Shown: positions 54,028 through 64,000 of the stretch, piece by piece
Numbering within the stretch: the stretch's first letter is position 1
Layout: the number at the start of each line of letters is the position of its first letter
From: Euprymna scolopes
Lineage: Eukaryota
Length of the DNA: 64,000 nucleotides
Assembly: GCA_053919585.1 (NCBI GenBank)
Contig: CM132803.1
Direction: 5' to 3' (one strand)
The notes under the pieces: model-generated
The model's input: only the letters and a program-made list of their open reading frames with translations
Told to the model about the DNA's origin: nothing
The model's database searches: none
Program-made: the position numbers and the translations under genes

Positions 54028-55148
54028 GTAAGAAAAGCCATTTTTATTTTTCGATTATTTTTTTTAATGGTTTTGTACCATTTTACAAAGAATTACCAAA
54101 ATATTTTTTTCTCAAATTGAAAATTTGGTAAAATCAAATGACAAATTTTCTTTTTGAAAAAAATATTCTGCACATTTTCAGATTTTAATTTTTATTTGTA
54201 AAAAGTACTTCAATTGTTAAAATGTCAAGTCCAGTTTTATCCCTACTTTAATTTTTTAATAAGCTAAAATAATCACATTTGAAAGCAGATAGGGATCATT
54301 TTATGTTAAATTTAGATTGTAAACTGAATTCCCTCTAAGAATTGAACAGTAAATCTTTCAAATTTCCATTTTATAGTCTGAAAATTCATTTTATCAATTC
54401 AAAAGATTTTTTCACATAAATAACTAAAAATTTTAAGAAAGTGGATAATAAGTACTAGGAGAATCATTTCATCATAAATTTAGATAGTAAGCTGACCCCA
54501 TCCATCCTTTACTAGAACATTGATTATCAATGAAACAAACATGTTGCCCTTTCTATTAAAAATATTTAAATAATTTGAATACTCATTATAATTATAATTT
54601 TAACATATTCTATTGATTCTTCCTAAATATTGGACTAAAAAGGTAATCTCTTCTATCCTGTTTTTGATTGTTTGCTACTTAAAATAAAATGAGTTCAAAA
54701 ATTTTAAATAATAATGTTTTATTTTTCCAGTATATAATAATGTAAAATTCTATTTCTAGTATATCCATACAAAATTGCATGTTTATCATTGAATAAAATG
54801 AAGTTGTCTTTATCAAATCTAACCTTTTTTATTTGTTATTCAACTATGTACACATGATATATAACACTATATACAAAATTACCTAAAAATGTAAAAAAAA
54901 TATAATTGAATGAGATAGAACAATAAAATAGCAAGTATAAGTCAGACAAACTTTTGTCTGAGTGAACCTGGCCACTGGCTGATGAAAACATTAACCTACA
55001 AACAGTAATAACAATGAAGCTAATTTCTTAGCTAGTTAAATTAAAAACCATATAAACATTGGGTAATACAAATTCCATGCATTTTGGCCTGCCGATTTCC
55101 TATAGGATAAAATGAAGAAGCTTCTAAGTAGCCTAATGTATATAAATA

Positions 55149-55149
<1 letters not shown>

Positions 55150-55215
<66 letters not shown>
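55150..55215. repeat. (AT)n microsatellite
   Basis: Directly visible. Confidence 0.9.
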
Positions 55216-55218
<3 letters not shown>

Positions 55219-55639
55219 TTTTATATTATATATTCTGCTTACAGTATATTAGAAATCAATCTTCAGTGTTAACATCCATTGATTTAAGCATTTTTTTAAA
55301 CAAAGATAAAAGAATTATTTAATGGTTTCTTCATGTTCAATTACATTTAAATTTTTGTAATTAAAAAAATACTTACTAAAAGATGTAAAAGAAATTAATT
55401 CATACATGATTTGAAATACTTTATCCTAAAACATCTTATAAGATGTCATTAATGCTTCAATAGGGATCATTTTATGTTAAATATAGATGGTAAACTGAAT
55501 TACCTCTAAGAATTGAACAGTAAGATGAAAATGACTTGAAGCATTAATTTTTGTAAAATATTGAAAAAAGAAACAAAAAAAAAAAACACTTTACCCTTAA
55601 AAGTAGCTTCATATTAATTAATATTTTTTTCATATTTAG

Positions 55640-55905
55640 ATGATTATGCTTCCCAATACTACAATTCACCATCAAAAGAAAGGAGACCACCAGGACAAGA
55701 AACAGAGATGAGGCCATTGGGACAGACTGTCAACTATCCAAGTGATACAACCATTGTGGCCAGGGGATTCTATACACCAAGCCTTTCACAAAACAATGAT
55801 AACAAAGACTCTGTGGCAGAGGATAGTAATTCTTCTGATATAAGTCAGCAGTCAGTGGGAAATATTTATAGAAACCCAAGACCCTTACCACCAGTACCTC
55901 AATAA
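55640..55905 (+). CDS. P6 terminal exon 4
   Basis: tttAG acceptor in phase 1; DYASQYYNSPSK...RNPRPLPPVPQ*. Confidence 0.88.
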
Positions 55906-56552
55906 TATTTATAAAAATCAAATTATGTAAATATAGATTTATTAAATTTTCATATTTGAGGAACTACTACTTATTTTTTAACTAGGTACGATTTAAAATG
56001 AGCTTCATTCAAAGTTGAAAATATCCAGTCTTCAAAAGCTTCATATTCAATAATTTTTTTGTGTAAATTATTCCATTATTCATATTGAAATTTCTTTATG
56101 GATATTATAATCTACTATTTATAATTACTAGTTCTCATATTGTATTCAATTCTATATTAAGTTTACTGAGTCCCAACAAATGCCAGCATGTACAGATTAA
56201 ACCAAATATAATGAAGATAATAAATATAAATAATCTTTTAATTAAAATTGTTTTATTTTATATATATATATAATTTCAGTGATTAAACATAATTAAAAAT
56301 ATATTAATTTTTAAACTTTTGATTCTGAAAAGAAAAACTTATCTCAATTAGTGTAGAAATTATTAATTAAAAACACTATACTTCTGAAATATGTTTACAA
56401 TATAAATTTTATTTCTCTCTAAACAATAAGACTGTATATTTAAATTTTAAAAAGAATACAATTTTAATATACTTACGTTACCAGGTTGATGTAATATTTA
56501 AGGTGAACCGTTATAATGTCAGCAGACAAAAGGGGAGATAATAGATTTTAAA

Positions 56553-56932
56553 GGACAAAGAACTGAACTAACAGAATGCATTTTGGGAATAAAAAAATTA
56601 TTTTAATATTTTTAATTTTAAATATTACCATAGGTTTTATTTTTTAGTTTGCAAATATTCGAAAGAGTCTTTTTAAAAAAATTAGATAATTCTAATCTAA
56701 TCCAATGAAATTTCATACCTCATTGATGAATAGTAGTCATCTCCCACTGTAGCAGCCATTGTTCACACAACACACTCATTAGGATTACTTCTTTCGACAT
56801 CACATCAACATGAGGAGGAACATGAGAATCTTTACCTGGATGTAATTCATAAGAAATAAATTTCTGCAAATGTATCAGAGAATAAAATGTGGATTTAATT
56901 CATTTGAAATACAGAAATACCAATAAAAAAAG
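56553..56932 (+). promoter_or_regulatory. P7 promoter module and non-coding exon 1
   Basis: GGACAAAG 56553, GCATTTTGGGA 56578, TGTAGCAGCCATT 56748-56760, donor AAG|GTAAGA 56932/56933. Confidence 0.8.
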
Positions 56933-59190
56933 GTAAGATATTTCATATTTTGTGTATTTTTAGTACAAATATTGTGACAGTTGAATATGTGCCTATAAGC
57001 GAATATCATTGTTTTTTGCTTAGTGCTTTTGTTAAATATTGTCTAATAATTATTTTTTACAGCAATCACTGATTCTAAATATTCACAGTATTAGTAAAAC
57101 AAAAGTGATTTTATTGGTTTTAATAAAACAATCTAAGTTGCCTAGTAATAACAAATTAGATACCAGAAAATGCATACAGATAGTGAATCATCTGTAATAA
57201 CAGTCAAGATGAGAACAGTAGTCCAAATAATATGGATTTGTAATTCATAGCCATTTTTAAAAAAAATAATTTTTAATGAAATTCAGTAGATAATCTTTAC
57301 AATATAATGAAGCTCAATATATATATATATATTTTACGCTGAAAAAATATTTTTATTTATAAAAAATATATTGATAAATTGATATTGATATATTGATAAC
57401 TCAAATATCCTTCTATTTTAAAATATTTACATTTTTAATTTAACCAATATTTTTATATCAGTTATATTATAAAAAGAAGTATTTGGGAATATGTTGAACG
57501 TACACATCTGTTAAACCTAAATGTAAAAATTGAGTTATGAATTCTTATAAATATATTTTTGTGAGTGGGTGTTATTTTGCAACTGTTTTTAAATTTAATT
57601 GAATCAGTTATAGTTGATATGTATATAATTTTGTCTATATAAATATTCAAATTCTCAGTTAGTCTATTTTGAGGTTAATTTCTGTTTTAAATGAAATGAA
57701 AAGAACTGATTTTTTTTATTATTATGAATTCAAAATATTTAAATATTTTTCAGTTTGCTTAACATAAAATTCTGAATCAGTTTTATTTTTGTAGTCATGT
57801 AATACCTTGATTAGAGATTTTAAAAAGCAATATAAACATCCCTTCTCCAATAGAAACCTTATATTTACTACTACCAGTTTTGAAACTGAAGCTGTTACTA
57901 GCTTTAAATTTATATTGTTAAACATTGTTTTCAGATTTTACTCTTTAATAATAGATATGTGTGTGCATGTAAAATTAAAAATATAATTTAACAATATAGA
58001 TTTAAAGCTTATAGTAATTACTACTACTAATTTTTATAGCAACGTGTAGGTAGTACAGAAAAAAATTACTTAAATAAAAAAGTGTGCGTCCATATATAAA
58101 TAACAAAGAAAAGGGAGATAACTCTAGCAAGTAAGCATTACTGCAACAAAGAAATTTCTATAAGATATAAATTTAGTTTTAAATTTTATTTTTCTTACAT
58201 TTTTACATTTCAGTTTTCTCTGTTTAAATGGATGTAAAAGATTTTATATTATCAAAGATAAGTTTTAAAATTATCAAAAAATGATTAAAAAGTATTACTT
58301 TACTTGTTTAAGGATGTAATATAAGAACAACTGAATACAATGACTACTTTTCTCTCTAATTTAAAGATAATTTTTGATCAACATTAATTTTAAAGCATTT
58401 TGCTTTCTTCATATTTCATCACATTTTTTAATGATTTGTACTAACCAGATGATTCAGATCTGATTCATTTAATCTTTAATTAGCTAATTAAATCCAATCT
58501 AATAAATTGTACAAAAGATAATTGAATTTTGAGCATAAATGAAATACTGTCACATTTTCTTAAAAATAAATTTATATACTCAATTTATTTCGTAATATTA
58601 AATTAAATATTTTGCATTCAAAACAAACAATGATCAAGAATTTTTCTCTAATTAAGAATTATAACTAAACTTTTTTTAATTCTTGAGTAGTCACTGATGT
58701 ATGTATTTTTAATTCTTCTTTATTATCTACATATATACTAATGCATGTGTACTTTAATTAATTTAGACTGCAGAAAGAGTTGTATATGAAATTAGTTTGG
58801 AAACATTAAATTTATTTTAAATAATCTATGAAAAGGCCTAATTAAGTAAATAGCGTATACTGTAAAGCTTTATTGATTAGAAAAAGATTACTGAAAAACA
58901 TATCAATGTGTAAAAAATTTGAAATGATATTTTTCACAATTTGTACAATTAGCAATTACATATATTATTTACCTAATAACTAATAAAAAATAAAAATCTT
59001 ATTTCTTTTTACTTCTTAAAAACTACTAAATCCTTAGAAAGTGTACTAATTTGAAAATTATTGTTTGAGTATATTTTTTTATGCATTCATACCAGTTTTA
59101 AATTATTTATGAATTAATATCAATGTCACTATTCTATTTTACAGATCTATAACAAATTTGTAGGACATCTAATTTGGTGACATCAACCTT

Positions 59191-61647
59191 ATGATATTCG
59201 TCACAAAAATGTTAACACAAACATTCTTCCTGCTTTTGATACTACATTCTGTTTACTGTATAGATCTGACATTCAAAGTCGAAGAAGGCAAAAGTCCTGG
59301 CACTTACCTTGGAGACATTGCCGCCGATTCTAATGTGATGGATGATGTGGCCATACAAGATCAAAATCTCATTGCATTCAGTCTAATGGAACAGGATGGA
59401 ACAAGCAGCTCTCCATTATTCCGGATTTCTAAAAATACAGGAAAACTTTATACAGCACAAACATTGGATGCTGAATCGCTGTGTACATTTAATAAGGAAT
59501 GTTCTCTCATGATAGATATTGCAGTACAAAAATCCAAAAGAATCATGAAGATTTTAGAAATTAAAATCATCATACTTGATGTAAATGACCATCAACCAGA
59601 ATTTCCTGATAAAAAAATAACTATTGAATTTTCTGAAGATATTGTCATGGGAACCAAAATATCAATCCCTAATGCCATTGATAAAGACATTGGTGTTATC
59701 AACTCTCAGATAACTTATGAATTGAAAAAATACAAAAATGAACCATTTGGTCTGTCTGTTTCTAAAAATGTAGACAGAACAGCTGATCTCTATATTATTC
59801 TGAAAGAAAGATTGGACAGAGAAGTTAAAGGAAGTTATATAGTAAAAGTCATTGCTAAAGATGGTGGATCTCCTTCTAAAAAAAGTATTTTAGATGTACA
59901 TATTTTAGTTGCAGACGTAAATGATAATCCTCCTGTCTTCTCACAAAATCTTTATAATGTCACAATCAAAAATGAACCAAGTGAAACTTCTTCTATTGCA
60001 ACTTTATCTGCCACAGATTTAGATTCTGGTAAAAATGGAAGAGTCACTTATCATTTCAGTACAAAAACATCTGATGTTGCTAAAAGTCATTTTAAATTAA
60101 ATCAACAGACTGGACAGATTTTCTTAGAAAAGAAATTTACTTTAAGTAATATGCGGACATGTAATTTATATGTTGAAGCTAAAGATGGTGGAAATCCACT
60201 TTTAACTGCTAAATCAATAGTTCTTGTCAATGTAATCAATCAACAAAATAATCCTCCAATCATTCATCTCAAGTTCCTGTCAGCATCCGGAAAAGATTCA
60301 ACATCAGTTTCGGAAGACATTGAGGTGGGAAGTTCTATTGCATATGTAAAAGTGACTGATCATGATGTTGGACAAAATGGAGAAGTGAGTTGCAATCTGC
60401 ATTATGATAAATTTAAACTACAAAGTCTCGACACTAAGAAATACCAAGTAATTGTGAAAAAAGCATTGGATAGAGAAAGAGAGGCAAAGCATGAAATTAT
60501 CATCAGCTGTCAAGATAAAGGATCTCCTCCACTGCAAAGTAAGAGTAAGTTCTCCATCAAAGTCACCGATGTGAATGATGTAAGGCCACAGTTCTCTATG
60601 GAGACATTTAAGTTCTTGATTGAAGAGAATGAGAAGTCGAGATTTTCTGTTGGCTTCATCAATGCAACAGACCCAGACCTGGGAGTTGGAGGGAAACTCA
60701 CCTATTCTCTGCTCACAAATAACAAACAGTTTTTACCTTTCAAAATCAAAGATGATGGCATGATTTCAGCCATTATGTCACTGGATCATGAGTTTCAAAA
60801 CATTTACAAGTTTCAAGTATTTGTGAAAGATAATGGAATCCCATCTCTCAATAATACAGTCAACGTCATTGTTGAAGTGACTGATAAAAATGATAATGCT
60901 CCGTATTTTACATTTCCCAGTGTCAATCCTTATAACATGGATGTTGTATATTACCGGCATCATTCAAAGAACATCACTTGTGTAAAGGCAGCTGATGGAG
61001 ATAGTCAAGAGAATGCATTTCTAAAATATGAAATAATCAGAGGCAATGACAAGCAGATGTTCGCCATCAACCAGTACACTGGTTTGTTAACTTTCAATCG
61101 CGTGCTTGCGCAACAAGATGCTGGTTCCTATGAGCTAGTGTTTGTTGTCAAGGATAGTGGTAGCCCAGTTCTATCAGCAACAACTAGTATGTTTTTCACT
61201 GTCACTGTAAGCAACAAGACATCAGAAATGCTAAGTGCCGTTCATACAATCACTGAAGATAAAGTTGATCTTACATCAGTCATTATTATTACAGTTGTAG
61301 CAGTGACCGTAGCTGTTATCATTACTGCTTCAATCTCGGTATGTATCATTCGCTGTAATGATCAAAGAAATGTCACATATGCCCATGCAATGGCACCAGC
61401 CAATGTGGGTGTTGTTGGTCCAAGTGGCAGATATATGAGTGATCAGAGACATTTGATGTGTCCTTCAAAGCAGGGAATATCTTGGCCAACTGCTGTCAAT
61501 GTAAACCAAAGTCAAACAGATAAAATAAGAAATGCACTTGTCAACCAAACCAACAGAGAGTCCCATCCTCTAGAAAAGCTTCCAAGTCAGCAACAAAGAT
61601 CTGCTTCCTTGCCGCAGACACAGCGAGTTACACAGATAGCATCTCAG
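59191..61647 (+). CDS. Protocadherin P7 large exon; exons 3-4 not found in window
   Basis: Acceptor at 59144; 6 EC plus TM; donor CAG|GTAAAA at 61647. Confidence 0.94.
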
Positions 61648-62562
61648 GTAAAAGTTTTATATTTATTATTTATTTGTTTTTTTTTAAACAAAATTTTATT
61701 ATTATAAAAATAAATGATATTTTGGTAGTTCCATAATTCAGTAAAAATTTAAATTATTATATTCATATTTTATTGTTGTAAATAAATTTCTTCAAAGAAA
61801 TTAATTGCTATATAGAAATTTTGCTTTTTCATTTAGCTTAATAAAAACATACTAATCAGCAATTTACATTATAATACCATTCAATTTTGCAGCTAATTTT
61901 GACCTGTATACATTATGTGCATATAATTGTGTAGCAATTATATGCACATAATGTAATAAGATTTTTTAATAATTAGTAATAAGATTTTTTGTATTTTTTT
62001 TGTATTTAACATAACATATTACTGTTAATACATTAATTCTGAAAGCTATTCATGTATGGTGTTTAAAATTTTGAGTAAACTAAATCATATTCAGAGTACT
62101 GCAGTTTTTCTTTTTTTGGTTAATACATCTAAAAATTAATTTATATTGTTTTCTTATATCTTAGCAAAGATGAAACAATTCAAAGTAAAACCCTCTTCTG
62201 ATATATCTAAACTTACCTGCATAATATTAGCAATTTATAATTTTGTACACTTCAAATGTCAGATTATTTTAAACTGATCTTCATTACTTTATATCCATAT
62301 TTGTCCTTCTTGCATCATGTTGACAATGCACGGAATTTGTAGCAAAATCAAGGGAAGGTGGAATAAGAGTAAAAACTACTTGCCAAAATTCAACCCACAA
62401 CTATCTCTCAACCATTGTTAAGATAAATACTCTAGCAAAATTTCTTCACCCATTTTTTAGATAAAAGGATACAAATATGTTTTCTGAGAACTAGTGAGAT
62501 GCTTCAAGGATTTTCTTAATTAAAGCTCTATTAAAGCACACAATGAAACCACATACCGTACA

Positions 62563-62840
62563 TCATGCAATTGAACTACCTTCCAATGATTTTTGTCCAT
62601 CAACCACTACTCTTATGAGCCTATCAGAGACAAATGATTTAAAGATAGAGAGAATATTTCCAGTTATACTGTAGCTGGAGATCTTGTGAAGTAGGCCTTT
62701 ATGCCATACCTTGTTGAAGGCCTTTGATATGTCAAGAGCAATTGCCCCGGAAAGGAAGCCTTTGTCAAGAGATTCACTAATCCTATGAGATATAACCGTT
62801 AACACATCTGTGGTAGATCTTGCAGAATGGAAATCATAGT
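62563..62840 (-). mobile_element. LINE reverse-transcriptase fragment, same family as 8308-9769
   Basis: VISHRISESLDKGFLSGAIALDISKAFNKVWHKGLLHKI matches VISHKISESLDRGFVSRAIALDISKPFD. Confidence 0.85.
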
Positions 62841-63475
62841 CTTTAAAACATCTTGCAAATATGTAAGCTTCTGATGTTGGACTTTTGCAAAGCCACTAAT
62901 TTTGCTTTTGATAAAGTCATGTTTAGCCTAAGAATCTGAAGAGTTTAAGTAGTTCTGATCACCATTTCTCATCTTTACTTGTTTTGTCTTTCTTGCCATA
63001 AGATTCTGAACATTCAAATCTTGGACACAAGACAGTTTTATTAAAACTGCCTTCCTCATCTTCAAAGGTGAACAGATGTTCAAGTCCTGCAAACAAAACA
63101 GTATCTCTCTTTTGAACTTGAACATCTTCAACATTAATAAGGTAACATGTTCAAATTTTCCTTTACATTTTATGTCACTTTTACACAAGAGTGTGGAATT
63201 AGCTTAAAGAACAAACCTAAAAATGAATATACAAACTAGAATAATAACTTTCTAATAAATCTGATTATGTTTAAATGAAAAGAAAATGAGTTATCAATTT
63301 GTCTGTATTTCATTGTTTTCCTTAACATTTTTTTTTAACTGGCACTGTATGCCTGGAAACTTTGTGAAATAGTGAAGAAAAAAGTATTTTAAATGTTATC
63401 AAAACCCAAAAAGTGGAGGAAAAAGAAAAATTATAAATAATCAGGTGGCAAAAATTTACAAGAATATAAATTGTT

Positions 63476-64000
63476 NNNNNNNNNNNNNNNNNNNNNNNNN
63501 NNNNNNNNNNNNNNNNNNNNNNNNNNNNNNNNNNNNNNNNNNNNNNNNNNNNNNNNNNNNNNNNNNNNNNNNNNNNNNNNNNNNNNNNNNNNNNNNNNNN
63601 NNNNNNNNNNTATATATATATGTATGCATATAAACATGTATATATATATGTATGCATATAAACATGTATATATATATNNNNNNNNNNNNNNNNNNNNNNN
63701 NNNNNNNNNNNNNNNNNNNNNNNNNNNNNNNNNNNNNNNNNNNNNNNNNNNNNNNNNNNNNNNNNNNNNNNNNNNNNNNNNNNNNNNNNNNNNNNNNNNN
63801 NNNNNNNNNNNNNNNNNNNNNNNNNNNNNNNNNNNNNNNNNNNNNNNNNNNNNNNNNNNNNNNNNNNNNNNNNNNNNNNNNNNNNNNNNNNNNNNNNNNN
63901 NNNNNNNNNNNNNNNNNNNNNNNNNGTATGCATATAAACATATATATATATATGTATGCATATAAACATATATATATGTATGCATATAAACACATATATA
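63476..64000. repeat. AT-rich minisatellite (TATGTATGCATATAAACA(T/G)..TATA units) interleaved with assembly gaps
   Basis: Repeated units between N runs. Confidence 0.8.

Noticed and set aside
56720-56790. Possible CTCF site in the promoter element, by analogy with vertebrate Pcdh promoters
   Set aside because: Neither strand fits the CTCF core CCASYAGRKGGC by eye; a PWM scan would be needed to exclude weak sites
62165-62230. Candidate exon 3 of P7
   Set aside because: Has an acceptor-like TAG and faint similarity, but a stop in phase 0, no EYLN motif and no donor; the true exon is probably in the gap or beyond the window
63322-63995. Long ORFs at the window end
   Set aside because: Artefacts of N gaps and an AT-rich minisatellite

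Overview
This is AT-rich animal genomic DNA, most likely from a coleoid cephalopod (octopus-like; inferred from protein type and cluster layout). It contains a head-to-tail, + strand tandem array of protocadherin genes. There are five complete genes (P2-P6), two partial genes at the window edges (P1, P7) and a fused pair of pseudogenes (psiA, psiB). Each unit has the same structure: a conserved promoter module, a short non-coding exon 1, one ~2.45-kb exon (signal peptide, 6 cadherin repeats, TM, juxtamembrane tail; phase-0 donor), a 151-163-nt cytoplasmic exon 3 (phase 0 to 1) and a terminal exon 4 ending in RNPRPLPPVP. The ORF track shows only pieces of these. Main observations: (i) a bipartite, fixed-spacing promoter module in front of every gene whose 5' end is in the window, except psiB, made of a ZNF143/Staf-like GCATTTTGGGA box ~170 bp upstream of TGTAGCAGCCATT-N20-AGGA, and degraded in the pseudogene; (ii) near-complete nucleotide identity of EC4-TM, the EC1 N-terminus and the EC3 N-terminal half, while the EC1 Cys loop, EC2 and the EC3 C-terminus are variable and shared between paralogs in a patchwork; (iii) a YxN/RPLPPxP signalling tail and a non-canonical EC3-EC4 calcium linker. 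Introns carry LINE fragments, a mariner relic, MITEs and microsatellites. There are N gaps at ~41.6-41.7 kb and 63.5-63.9 kb.
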